This document shows positions 24,009 through 35,836 of a stretch of 64,000 nucleotides of DNA, piece after piece; position 1 is the stretch's first letter; each line of letters begins with the position of its first letter. Under the pieces are notes generated by a model. It was not told where the DNA came from. It saw only the letters and a list, made by a program, of their open reading frames with translations, and made no database searches. Source of the DNA: Rhizophagus irregularis (lineage: Eukaryota). Position numbers and translations under genes: made by a program. The stretch lies in contig NC_089436.1 of NCBI RefSeq assembly GCF_026210795.1, positions 558,001 to 622,000 of the forward strand. The letters run 5' to 3'.

Positions 24009-27000
24009 CAGTGTTGGGTTTTGGACTTGTCCAATTGGTTTTTTGAATTGGACAGTTTTGGACGGTCCAAAACTAGTTTTGGACCGTCCTAAACTGTCCA
24101 AAAGTTCTATGGGTTTTGGACAGTCCAAAACTGTCCAAAACTGTCCAAAACTAGGTTTTGGACTGTCCAAAATTGTCCAAAACTGTCTAAAACCCATATT
24201 TAGTAAGACTAAGAGATTATATGTAGATCATTTCAAGATTATCTTTTTTTTACTTTTGTTCATAACTTCGTAATATTTTTTTTCTTTATACTCTGCTTAT
24301 AAGTTATAACCTTACTACATTTACACTTTAAAGTTTAAATTTAATAATATTTTAACTTATGCCACGTGGAGGCCGACCTAGGCATATTCTTTTTACATAT
24401 GTAACAATTTTGAAAAAAACTAATTCAGGAGACAAAGACCGTCAATGTATTTGCAATTGTTGTGCTGAGGTTTTAAAAGATGATGCCAAACCTATAGTAA
24501 ATAGAAAGGAAAGAATTAAAAAACATTTAACAAATTGTAAATATTTTTGGGACAAATATAAAGGAGAAGCAGAGGAAATACTTGGAAATTGTGATGTTGA
24601 TGAAGAAATGCCACCATCTAAACATATACGTATTGATGGTAAGCATATGTATTTTTTTTAAGATTTTTTAAAAAAATATGTTTATTAATTAATTGTTTGA
24701 TTGTATTTACAGATGATAGTGCATCTATTTCAAGTTTTTGTACAAATTCTATGTCCTCATCATTTAATTTAAGTCGCCGGTCATCTGAATCTTATTATCA
24801 ATCATCAATATCCAAATTTGCTGTACGTGATCCTAATAAATCCGAAATTCCTAAATTCCATGATCTTTTAATTAGGATAACAGTATCTAATGGCTGGTCA
24901 TTTCAATGGGTTAATAATCCTTCAACACATGCTTTTTTTCATTGGTTAAATCCAAAGTTAAAGTTGCCAGATCGAAAGCAACTAGCTGGTCCAATATTAG
25001 ATCAAGCTATTAAAGGTATTGAACAATTACGTAAAGAAAAGTTAAACCAGGTACATGAACAAGCTGGTATTACTCTTTCATTCGATGGTTAGAAAAATAT
25101 TGTAAATCAAGAATTACTTGGAATTATGATTATATTACCTTCTGGCGAAACTTTGATATGGAAAGCAGTAGATATAAGTGATCAAAGAGGACGTGCAATT
25201 GATGTTATACCAAAAATAGAAGAAATATTAAATGATTTAAAGGATCAATCAATTAAAGTAGCCGCACTTGTGAGTGATAGTGCTGCGGCATATGCTTCAG
25301 CACGGTAAGTTGATTGTGTATTTATTATTTATTAATTAATTTATTTTTTTTTAATTTATTTAATGAATTTTTATTTTATTTAGACAACAGCTTCGTCTCA
25401 AATACCCTCAATATGTATTTTTACCATGCTTTGCACATCAATGCAATTTAGCTGTTGGAGAGATTTTTAAAGAATCTAGTATCTTGAAAAATGCATCTAC
25501 TAATGCCGTAAAATTGGTTAATTATTTTAATCATCCTAATAATGTGTATTTTATTGGAAAATTACGAAATATTCAACGAGAACTTTACTCAAAATATTAT
25601 GCAATAATAAGACCCGGCGATACAAGATGGAATTCTTATTATGAATGTTATTTAAGTTTAATTCGGACTAAACAGGCATTGAGAGTAAGTGAAATTTATT
25701 AATTAAATATTAAAAAATTAAATACTAATTTATTATTTTTTAATAGAATTTAGTTACTCGTTATGAGCCTCTTGAAGAAACTTCATCAAGATCTACTGAA
25801 TTATACCTTCCAACTGATATCTGCCAAATAATTATGGGTGATTTATTTTGGTCCCGTATTTCACAACTTGCAACATTGATGAAACCTTATTGTGGAGCGA
25901 CTTGATAAATTGCAAACAGATAAGGCTCGACTACATGATGTTGCTTTATCTTTTGGATATTTTATTAAATTTTGGGAGCAGAATACAGATCGATTCTTGT
26001 CTGAAGGCATAATTTCACGTCTTGAAAAACGTTGGAATGACTGGGAACAGCCTATACTACTACTTTCTCTTGTACTTCATCCCAAATATCGCCTTAACAA
26101 ATTTAATCCTGACTTAGAAATAATCAATTTTGTAACAATGGGAACTTGGCTTGATTATTATTATAAAGCTTGGACATCTGAAAAGCCAACAAAACTACTT
26201 GCACAATTTGAATCTTATCAAGTTAAAAAACCACCTTTTAATAATGAAACATATGAGCAATTTGGTGATGATGTTTTGGCATATTGGTATTATTGTTCTA
26301 CAATGTGCAAGGAATTAGGATTTATAGCAACAAAAATTTTCAGTATTTGTGTGAATTCAGCCTCTGTAGAACGATTATTCTCATCTATGGGATTTTTGCA
26401 CACTCCTCGAAGAAACAAATTAAAGGCAATATTGTTTTGTTTTTTATATATTATTGATATTTACTAATTAATTTTTATTTATTTATTTAGCATGAAAGAG
26501 TTGTAACTATGGCTCAACTTCGAGCAGATATTCATCAGACTGAAAATGAAAAAAAAGGAAACGTGAATCTGAAAAAATAAAGGTAAATATTACGCCACCA
26601 ATTATTGAATCAGATGAACAAGAAACTGGTAATACAGAACAAAATGAAGCTGAAAGAATACTTGAGGACTTACAAGAAACATCCAATTACATAACAACTG
26701 AACAAGATTGGACTGAACGTCTGAATGAATGGAATGAGCTATTAATGGAAGAAGAAAGAGCACAGAATCTGAATGTTACAGAGGAATCATTAAATTGTAG
26801 TGATAATGATCTATTAAATTCATATATCCATCCTGCTATTAATGCTGATGCAAAGTGGAACTTACGAGATCTTTTTATTAGAGAATTGGAAAGGCCAGAA
26901 TTTATATCTGTGTCTTCAGAATTTAATTAGTTAAATATGTAATTAGTTTATTATAATTTTTTTCGTTCAATATATAATATAATGTTAATAATAAATATTA

Positions 27001-27223
27001 AATAATGGCTTAAAATTTAGTAATGCTAATATAAATTTGTAATTAACATTTATTTTATATAATGCTTACCAGAATTGGTTATAATTTTGGCCCAAATTAA
27101 TTTAATAATCACGTAATCTGTCCAAAACTTGTCCAATGAAAAAAGGTTTTGGTTTTGGACAGGTTTTGGACAGGGTTTTGGACAGATGTCCAAAACATCA
27201 AATTGTCCAATTGCCCAACATTG
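24009..27223 (+). mobile_element. hAT DNA transposon, near full length
   Basis: TIR cagtgttggg/cccaacattg. attaaac is duplicated at 24002-24008 and 27224-27230 (7 bp; 8 expected for hAT). Dense ttggac/gtccaa subterminal repeats at both ends. Confidence 0.9.
24359..26930 (+). pseudogene. hAT transposase (BED finger, DUF659-type core, dimerisation domain), spliced and inactivated
   Basis: CICNCC..KKHLTNC; ITLSFDG*KN (TGG>TAG at 25090); VSDSAAAY; PCFAHQCNL; TRWNS; NSASVERLFS. Four introns; frameshifts near 25898 and 26550. Confidence 0.9.
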
Positions 27224-28209
27224 ATTAAACTATATATTATCTTATAACATGTAATGTATGTTAAATGACTGAAAAAGGCAAAAAAACAAAATATTAGCAA
27301 GAATGTTTCTTAGAAAAAAAAGTTTTCAAAAGTAATGTAACATTAAAAACTTATCTAGGTTCTAATAGAAAATATTTTTAAAAAAGTTTTTGAAATATTT
27401 TTTAAAAACTCATTTAAATTTTCAGAATCGAAAGTTGAAAAGGAAACCTATAAAAAAAAGATAAAGGAAGTATTAGTAGTAAACACTTCCTAAATATAAA
27501 AAAAAACAGTTTTTTTTTTAAAAAAAAAATTGAAGTCAGATAAACTCATCTAATAATTTAAACCTAAAATTTTTTTTATATTAGTAACTGCAATTAGCAT
27601 ATGAAAATAATTATAAAAAGTATATATTAATCTTAAATTTTCAAGTGGATCTTATAGTCTATTAGGTTTAGTAGACATTATAGCAACATGTTAAAATAGT
27701 GTATTTCAAATGTTACCTATCTGATTAACTATTATAATCACTCAACAGTGCACATATGGAGTTTTATATCAAAATGATAAATAGACAGAATAGTTTACAA
27801 ATTTATAATAATATTAGAATAGTTTACATTAACGTTATTCTAATAGTATCATAGTTAGTAAAAAAAAAAAATTAAATTTTCAAGACATTAAAATTAAATG
27901 ATAATATATAATATATAAGAGTGATATGATTGTAAAAACATCTGATTGTATATATATATCATTGCAAATTTGCAATTATACTTTTAAAATATAGTAAATA
28001 AAAATAAAAAAGTTTATTTTTTATTATAATTTTATTATAATGATTTTTTTTTTTATTATAATTCATTATGAACACAAAAACAGTGTCCACATGACATGCG
28101 ATTTTCATCTATTTAAACAACTTTTACATTACTGTGCAACAATAAATATTCATTCTTTCCTCTTTCTAACGCCAACGTTTAAATAACAGTTTTTAACGTT
28201 ATAAAATTA

Positions 28210-29655
28210 ATGGCGGAAAATTTTTTATTAGATTTATCACAAGATATTGGTCAACTTCTTACTACTGGAGATGGCCATGATTTAATTATTCAAGCTGGGG
28301 AAGGTCAAAACATGAAAGAACTCATTGCGCATTCATTAATTTTAAGTGCTAGGTCAACATATTTTAAAACTGCATTATCAAAAGAATGGGCAAAAAAAGA
28401 AAATGGTGTAATTATTTTCAAAAAGCCAAACATTTCTCCGGAAATCATGGAATTAATTTTAAATTATCTTTATACTGGATTAGTTAATTTCGATAAGCAA
28501 AATAGTGTAAAGGTGTTGAAACTTTTAGTGGCATCTGATGAACTGAATTTGCAAAAATTAAGTGATTATATTCAGACTTATCTGATTGATAATCAAGCAG
28601 AATATTTAAAGAATGATCCTGTTGATGTTCTTCAAATTACATTTCGATATGAGAGTTGTGAAGGCTTACGTAAATTTTGTTTAGATTCTATCTGTGAAGA
28701 ACCTAAAATACTTTTTGAATCTCCAAAATTCACTTCATTGGAAAAAGATCTTATTATTCTTTTCTTAAAAAATAATGAACTTGAAATGGAAGAAATTGAA
28801 ATTTGGGAATTCGTACTTAAATGGGCTCTTGCAAGAATGTCGACTCAACATAATGTTGATAATTTATCCCAATGGACATCAAGTAATTTCGAGGAATTAG
28901 AAAAAATCCTACACGATTTAATTCCACATATTAGATGGTTTCAAATTCCTTCAAAACTTTTTTGGAGAAAGGTTAATCCATTTAAGTCAATCTTTCCAAA
29001 ACAACTTTATGAGGATATTATGGGATATTATTGTGATCCTGACACACCACCAACTAATGCAATATTACCTTTAAGACGTAATTTATCTTATATTGATTCT
29101 GTTCTTATCGAAAGAGATCATTTATCAATAATTGCAAGCTGGATTGATAAAAAGGAAGAGTCTTTTTATAATACTAGAAGTACTCCTTATTCATTCACAC
29201 TTCTTTATCGTGCAAGTAGAGATGGATTTGAAGCTGCAAAATTTCATGAGTTATGTGATAATAAAGGTTCGACTATTATGATATCAAAATTAAAAGAAAA
29301 TGGCAAGTTAATTGGAGGTTATAATCCATTAAGTTTGCATCCTTATAATTCTTATACTAATAGCAATGGAAGTTGGCAATCTACATCAGATAGTTTCTTA
29401 TTTTCTTTTACAAAAAAAGAAGAAATTAATTCGGCATATATAACAAGAGTTAATCTAGATTCTCAAGTTTATGCAGTATGTTATGGTTCAAATTACGGTC
29501 CAGCTTTTGGTAGTGGATGGGATTTAATTATAGATCGTAATAATATTATTAAAACATGTGGTAGAGGTACATATTTAGACGTATACAATATTATAAATTC
29601 TGGACATAATCATATTTTGGAAGATTATGAAGTATATCAAGTAGTAAAAAAATGA
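28210..29655 (+). CDS. BTB/POZ-BACK-TLDc domain protein, copy 1
   Basis: 481 aa intronless ORF. AHSLILSARSTYF..KPNISPEI..YLYTG (BTB); EIEIWE..LKW (BACK); LLYRASRDGF..FHELCDNKG..IGGYNP..SFLFSF..GPAFG..DYEVYQV (TLDc). Confidence 0.95.
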   Translation: MAENFLLDLSQDIGQLLTTGDGHDLIIQAGEGQNMKELIAHSLILSARSTYFKTALSKEWAKKENGVIIFKKPNISPEIMELILNYLYTGLVNFDKQNSVKVLKLLVASDELNLQKLSDYIQTYLIDNQAEYLKNDPVDVLQITFRYESCEGLRKFCLDSICEEPKILFESPKFTSLEKDLIILFLKNNELEMEEIEIWEFVLKWALARMSTQHNVDNLSQWTSSNFEELEKILHDLIPHIRWFQIPSKLFWRKVNPFKSIFPKQLYEDIMGYYCDPDTPPTNAILPLRRNLSYIDSVLIERDHLSIIASWIDKKEESFYNTRSTPYSFTLLYRASRDGFEAAKFHELCDNKGSTIMISKLKENGKLIGGYNPLSLHPYNSYTNSNGSWQSTSDSFLFSFTKKEEINSAYITRVNLDSQVYAVCYGSNYGPAFGSGWDLIIDRNNIIKTCGRGTYLDVYNIINSGHNHILEDYEVYQVVKK

Positions 29656-29810
29656 TTATTAAATAAACTGATGTCACGGTTATATCACATGACACGCCAT
29701 TCCGAATTTTATTTAATGTTCACGATACTGTGCAACAATAAATATTCATTCTTTCCTCTTTCTAACGCTAACGTTTAAATAACAGTTTTTTTGATAACGT
29801 TATAAAAATA

Positions 29811-31262
29811 ATGACGGAAAATTTTTTATTAGATTTATCCCAAGATATTGGACAACTTCTTACTACTGGAGATGGCCATGATTTAATTATTCAAACTGGA
29901 GAAGGTCAAAACATAAAAGAAATCTTTGCACATTCATTAATATTAAGTGCTAGGTCAACATATTTTAAAACTGCATTATCAAAAGAATGGGCAAAAAAAG
30001 AAAATGGTGTAATTATTTTCAAAAAGTCAAATATTTCTCCAGAAATCATGGAATTAATTTTAAAATATCTTTATACTGGATTAATTAATCTCGATAAGCA
30101 AAATGGTGCAAAAGTGTTAAAGCTTTTGATAGCGTCTGATGAACTGAATTTGCAAAAATTAAGTGATTACATTCAAACTTATTTGATTGATAATCAAGCA
30201 GAATATTTAAAAAATGATCCTGTTGATGTTCTTCAAATTGTATTTCGGTATGAGAGTTGTGAAGATTTACGTAAATTTTGTTTAGATACTATTTGTAAAG
30301 ATCCTAATATACTTTTTGAATCTCCAAAATTCACTTCATTGGAAAAAGACCTTATTATTCTTTTCTTAAAAAATGATATGCTTGAAATGGAAGAAATTGA
30401 TATTTGGGAATTCATACTTAAATGGGCTCTTGTAAGAATGTCAACTCAACATAATGTTGATAACTTATCTCAATGGACATCAAGTAATTTTGAAGAATTA
30501 GAAATAATTTTACATGATTTAATTCCGCATATTAGATGGTTTCAAATTCCTTCAAAACTCTTTTGGAGAAAGATTAATCAATTTGAAGCAATATTTCCAA
30601 AACAACTTTATAAAGATATTATTGGATATTATTGTGATCCTGACACAACACCAACTAATGCAATATTACCTTTAAGACGTAGTTTATCTAATATTGATTC
30701 TGTTCTTATCGAAAGAGATCATTTATCAATAATTGCAAGCTGGATTGATAAAAAGGAAAAGTCTTTTTATAATACTAAAAGTACTCCTTATTTATTCAAA
30801 CTTCTTTATCGTGCAAGTAGAGATGGATTTGAAGCTGCAAAATTTCATGAATTATGTGATAATAAAGGTTCGACCATTATGATATCAAAATTTAAAGAAA
30901 ATGGCCAGTTAATTGGAGGTTATAATCCATTAAGTTGGCATCCTTATAATTCTTATACTAATAGCAATGGAAGTTGGCAATCTACATCAGATAGTTTCTT
31001 ATTTTCTTTTACAAGAAAGGAAGAAATTAATTCGGCATTTTTAACAAGAGTTAAAAATTCTGGAGTTTACGCAGTATGTTATGATTCAAATTATGGGCCA
31101 GCTTTTGGAGACGGATGGGATTTAATTATAGAGCGTAAAAAATTTATTAGAACATATGGTTGCGGTACATATTCAGATGTATTTAAAATTATAAATTGTG
31201 GTAAAGATTATATTTTAGAAGATTATGAGGTACATCAGGTAGTAAAAAATGATGATAAATAA
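29811..31262 (+). CDS. BTB/POZ-BACK-TLDc domain protein, copy 2
   Basis: 483 aa paralog with the same motifs. Confidence 0.95.
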   Translation: MTENFLLDLSQDIGQLLTTGDGHDLIIQTGEGQNIKEIFAHSLILSARSTYFKTALSKEWAKKENGVIIFKKSNISPEIMELILKYLYTGLINLDKQNGAKVLKLLIASDELNLQKLSDYIQTYLIDNQAEYLKNDPVDVLQIVFRYESCEDLRKFCLDTICKDPNILFESPKFTSLEKDLIILFLKNDMLEMEEIDIWEFILKWALVRMSTQHNVDNLSQWTSSNFEELEIILHDLIPHIRWFQIPSKLFWRKINQFEAIFPKQLYKDIIGYYCDPDTTPTNAILPLRRSLSNIDSVLIERDHLSIIASWIDKKEKSFYNTKSTPYLFKLLYRASRDGFEAAKFHELCDNKGSTIMISKFKENGQLIGGYNPLSWHPYNSYTNSNGSWQSTSDSFLFSFTRKEEINSAFLTRVKNSGVYAVCYDSNYGPAFGDGWDLIIERKKFIRTYGCGTYSDVFKIINCGKDYILEDYEVHQVVKNDDK

Positions 31263-31362
31263 ATTAAATTGATTCGCTGTTACATATCACATGATATGTG
31301 ATCTTCATTTATTTATTATAAAGTTAGTACGACAATTCTTTCTCTAATTTTTGAAAATAAAA

Positions 31363-32823
31363 ATGGCGGAAAACTTGTTATTAGATTTATCACAAGATAT
31401 TGGTCAACTTCTTACTTCTGGAGATAATTATGATTTAATTATTCAAGCTGGAGAAGGTCAAAATATGAAAGAATTTTTTGCACATTCATTAATACTAAGA
31501 GCTAGGTCAACATATTTCAAAACTGCATTATCAAAAGAATGGGCGAAAAAAGAAAATGGTGTAATTATTTTCAAAAAGCCAAATATTTCTCCAGAAATTA
31601 TTGAATTAATTTTAGAATATCTTTATACTGGATTGGTTAATTTTAATAAACAAAATGGAGCACAAATGTTAAAACTTTTAATGGCATCTGATGAATTGGA
31701 TTTGCAAAAATTAAATGATTATATTCAAACTTATCTGATTAATAATCAAGCAGAATATTTAAAAAATGATCCTGTTGGCGTTCTTCAAATTGTATTTCGG
31801 TATGAGAGTTGTGAAAATTTACGTAAATTTTGTTTAGACACTATTTGTAAAGATCCTAAAATACTTTTTGAATCTCCAAAATTCACTTCATTAGAAAAAG
31901 ACCTTATTATTCTTTTCTTAAAAAATAATAAGCTTGAAATGGAAGAAATTGATATTTGGGAATCCATACTTAAATGGGCTCTTGCAAGAATGTCTACTCA
32001 ACATAATGTTGATGACTTATCTCAATGGGTGTCAAATAATTTTGAAGAATTAGAAAAAATTTTACACGATTTAATTCCACATATTAGATGGTTTCAAATT
32101 CCTGGAAAAGTTTTTTGGAGAAAGATTAATCAATTTGAGCCAATATTTCAAAAACAACTTTATAAAGATATTATTGGATATCATATTGATCCTGACACAC
32201 CACCAATTAATGCAATATTACCTTTAAGACGTAATTTATCTTATATTGATTCTGTTCTTATCAAAAGAGATCACTTATCAATAATTGCAAGCTGGATTGA
32301 TAAAAAGGAAAAGTCTTTTTATAATACTAGAAGTACTCCTTATTTATTCAAACTTCTTTATCGTGCAAGTAGAGATGGATTTGAAGCTGCAAAATTTCAT
32401 GAGTTATGTGATAATAAAGGTTCGACTATTATGATATCAAAATTAAAAGAAAATGACCGGTTGATTGGAGGTTATAATCCATTAAGTTGGCATCCTTATA
32501 ATTCTCATGTTAATAGCAATGGAAGTTGGCAATCTACATCAGATAGTTTCTTATTTTCTTTTACAAAAAAAGAAGAAATTAATTCGGCATTTTTAACAAG
32601 AGTTGCAGGTGATAATCGTTGTCAAATTTATGCAGTATGTTATCATTTAAGTTATGGACCAGCTTTTGGTTTTGGATGGGATTTAATTATAGATCGTAAT
32701 AACATTATTAGTACGGGTGGTAAAAGTACATATTCAGGCGTATATGATATGATAAATTCTGGACAAAATCATATTTTGGAAGATTATGAAGTACATCAAG
32801 TAGTAAAAAATGATTATAAATAA
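31363..32823 (+). CDS. BTB/POZ-BACK-TLDc domain protein, copy 3
   Basis: Paralog; the ATG at 31363 (MAENLLL) matches the other copies. Confidence 0.95.
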   Translation: MAENLLLDLSQDIGQLLTSGDNYDLIIQAGEGQNMKEFFAHSLILRARSTYFKTALSKEWAKKENGVIIFKKPNISPEIIELILEYLYTGLVNFNKQNGAQMLKLLMASDELDLQKLNDYIQTYLINNQAEYLKNDPVGVLQIVFRYESCENLRKFCLDTICKDPKILFESPKFTSLEKDLIILFLKNNKLEMEEIDIWESILKWALARMSTQHNVDDLSQWVSNNFEELEKILHDLIPHIRWFQIPGKVFWRKINQFEPIFQKQLYKDIIGYHIDPDTPPINAILPLRRNLSYIDSVLIKRDHLSIIASWIDKKEKSFYNTRSTPYLFKLLYRASRDGFEAAKFHELCDNKGSTIMISKLKENDRLIGGYNPLSWHPYNSHVNSNGSWQSTSDSFLFSFTKKEEINSAFLTRVAGDNRCQIYAVCYHLSYGPAFGFGWDLIIDRNNIISTGGKSTYSGVYDMINSGQNHILEDYEVHQVVKNDYK

Positions 32824-32987
32824 ACTGATGTCACAGTTATAATATCACATGACATACGATTTTCATCCGGAAAATAATCAATAAAGCTCCGAATTTTATT
32901 TAATGATAGCACCGTGCTACAAATTCTTTCTCTTTCTAACACTGACGTTAAATAACAGTTTTTTGATAACGTTGTAAACTGAAATTC

Positions 32988-34439
32988 ATGATGGAAAATT
33001 TTTTATTAGATTTATCCCAAGATATTGGTCAACTTCTTACTACTGGAGATGGCCATGATTTAATTATTCAAGCTGGAGAAGGTCAAAATATGAAAGAATT
33101 CTTTGCACATTCATTAATATTAAGTGCTAGGTCAACATATTTTAAAACTGCATTATCAAAAGAATGGGCGAAAAAAGAAAATGGAATTATTATTTTTAAA
33201 AAGCCAAATATTTCTCCAGAAATTATTGAATTAATTTTAAAATATTTTTATACGGGATTAGTTAATTTTGATAAACAAAATGGAGCACAAATGTTAAAAC
33301 TTTTAATGGCATCTGATGAATTGAATTTGCATAAATTAAGTGATTTTATTCAAACTTATTTGATTGATAATCAAGCAGAATATTTAAAAAATGATCCTGT
33401 TGGAGCTCTTCAAATTGTATTTCGGTATGAGGGATGTGAAGATTTACGTAAATTTTGTTTAGATGCTATTTGTAAAAATCCTAAGACACTTTTTGAATCT
33501 CCAAAATTCACTTCATTAGAAAAAGACCTTATTATTCTTTTCTTAAAAAATAATGAGCTTGAAATGGAAGAAATTGAAATTTGGGAATTTGTACTTAAAT
33601 GGGCTCTTGAAAGAATGTCAACTCAACATAATGTTGATGACTTATCTCAATGGACATCAAGTAATTTTGAAGAATTAGAAAAAATCCTACACGATTTAAT
33701 TCCACATATTAGATGGTTTCAAATTCCTGCAAAAGTGTTTTGGAGAAAGGTTAATCAATTTGAGCCAATATTTCCAAAACAACTTTATAAAGATATTATG
33801 GGATATCATATTGATCCCGACACGCCACCAATTAATACAATATTACCTTTAAGACGTAGTTTATCTAATATTGATTCTGTTCTTATCGAAAGAGATCATT
33901 TATCAATAATTGCAAGCTGGATTGATAAAAAGGAAAAATCTTTTTATAATATTAAAAGTACTCCTTATTTATTCAAACTTCTTTATCGTGCAAGTAGAGA
34001 TGGATTTGAAGCTGCAAAATTTCATGAATTATGTGATAACAAAGGTTCGACTATTATGATATCAAAATTAAAAGAAAATGGCCTGTTAATTGGAGGTTAT
34101 AATCCATTAAGTTGGCATCCTTATAATTCTCATGTTAATAATGATGGAAGTTGGCAATCTACATCAGATAGTTTCTTATTCTCTTTTGCAAAAAAAGAAG
34201 AAATTAATTCGGCATCTTTAACAAGAGTTAAAGACGATGATAATTATCAAATTTATGCAGTATCTTATAATTTAAATTATGGACCAGCTTTTGGTATTGG
34301 ATGGGATTTAATTATAGAGCATAATAATATTATTAAAACATATGGTAATGGTATATATTCAGGCGTATATAATATTATAAAATATGAAATAGATTATATT
34401 TTGGAAGATTATGAAGTATATCAGGTAGTAAAAAAGTGA
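32988..34439 (+). CDS. BTB/POZ-BACK-TLDc domain protein, copy 4
   Basis: 483 aa paralog with the same motifs. Confidence 0.95.
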   Translation: MMENFLLDLSQDIGQLLTTGDGHDLIIQAGEGQNMKEFFAHSLILSARSTYFKTALSKEWAKKENGIIIFKKPNISPEIIELILKYFYTGLVNFDKQNGAQMLKLLMASDELNLHKLSDFIQTYLIDNQAEYLKNDPVGALQIVFRYEGCEDLRKFCLDAICKNPKTLFESPKFTSLEKDLIILFLKNNELEMEEIEIWEFVLKWALERMSTQHNVDDLSQWTSSNFEELEKILHDLIPHIRWFQIPAKVFWRKVNQFEPIFPKQLYKDIMGYHIDPDTPPINTILPLRRSLSNIDSVLIERDHLSIIASWIDKKEKSFYNIKSTPYLFKLLYRASRDGFEAAKFHELCDNKGSTIMISKLKENGLLIGGYNPLSWHPYNSHVNNDGSWQSTSDSFLFSFAKKEEINSASLTRVKDDDNYQIYAVSYNLNYGPAFGIGWDLIIEHNNIIKTYGNGIYSGVYNIIKYEIDYILEDYEVYQVVKK

Positions 34440-34554
34440 TAATAAACACGATAAAATAAATTAAATTGATTCGCCGTTATATATCAAATCTTCATTTATT
34501 TATTATAAAGTTTAGTGCGACAATTCTTTTTCTATCGTTAATTTTTGAAAATAA

Positions 34555-35730
34555 ATGGCGGAAAACTTGTTATGGCCATAATTTAATTATTCAAGCTGGA
34601 GAAGGTCAAAGTATGAAAGAATTCATTAATATTAAGTGTTAAGTCAACATATTTTAAAACTGCATTATCAAAAGAATGGGTAAAAAAGAAAATGGAATTA
34701 TTATCCAGAAATTATTGAAATATCTTTATGCTGGATTAGTTAATTTTAATAAACAAAATGGAACATAAATGTTAATGGCATCTGACGAATTGAATTTGCA
34801 AAAATTGAGTGATTTTATTCAAACTTATTCGACTGATAATCAAGCAGGATATTTAAAAATGATCCTGTTGACGTTCTTTGAATGTATTTCGGTATGAGGC
34901 CATGAGGGATGTGAAAATTTACGTAAAATGTTGTTTAGATACTATTTGTAAAGATCCTAAAATATTAAATCTCCAAAATTCACTTCATTAGAAAAAGACC
35001 TTATTATTCTTTTCTTAAAAAGTAATGAGCTTGAAATGGAAGAAATCGATATTTGGGAATCCATACTTAAATGGGCTCTTGAAAGAATGTCAACTCAACA
35101 TGATAATGTTGATAACTTATCTCGATGGACATCAAGTAATTTTGAAGAATCCTACACGATTTAATTCCACATATTAGATGGTTTCAATCCCTGGAAAAGT
35201 TTTTTGGAGAAAGGTTAATCAATTTGAGCCAATATTTCTAAACCAACTTTATAAAGATATTATGGGATATCATGTTGACCCTGACAGGCTGACACACAAC
35301 CAATTATACAATACTAACTTTAAGACGTAATTTATTTAATATTAATTCCGTTCTTATCGAAAGAAATCCATTTATCTATAATTGCAAGCTGGGTTGGTAA
35401 AATGGAAAAATCTTTTTATAATAATAAAAGTCTTTATCGCGGATTTGAAGCTGCAATATTTCATGAGTTATGTGATAACAAAGGTTCGACTATTATAATA
35501 TCAAAATCAAAAGAAAATGGGAGATTATAATCCATTAAGCTGGCATCCTTATAATAGTCATGTTCAAATAATGGAACTTGGCAATTAACACCAGATAAGA
35601 TAGTTTCTTATTTTCTTTTACAAAAAGGAAGAAATTAATTCGACATTTTTAACAGAGTTACAGGTGATAATAATTATCAAATTTATGCAGTATGTTATCA
35701 TTTAAATTATGTGGTAGTGGATGGAATTTA
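34555..35730 (+). pseudogene. BTB-BACK-TLDc pseudogene, copy 5
   Basis: Colinear with its neighbours from atggcggaaaacttg, but with many small deletions, frameshifts and stops; 3' end truncated. Confidence 0.92.
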
Positions 35731-35836
35731 ATTAAATTGATCCGCGGTTACATATCACATGATATACGATCTTCATTTATTTATTATAAAGTTTAGTGCA
35801 ACAATTCTTTTCCAACGTTAAATTTTTTGAAAATAA

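Noticed and set aside
22395..24273. Short ORFs over transposon termini (also 4959-5238 and 42461-42772)
   Set aside because: They are translations of subterminal repeats with no protein features.
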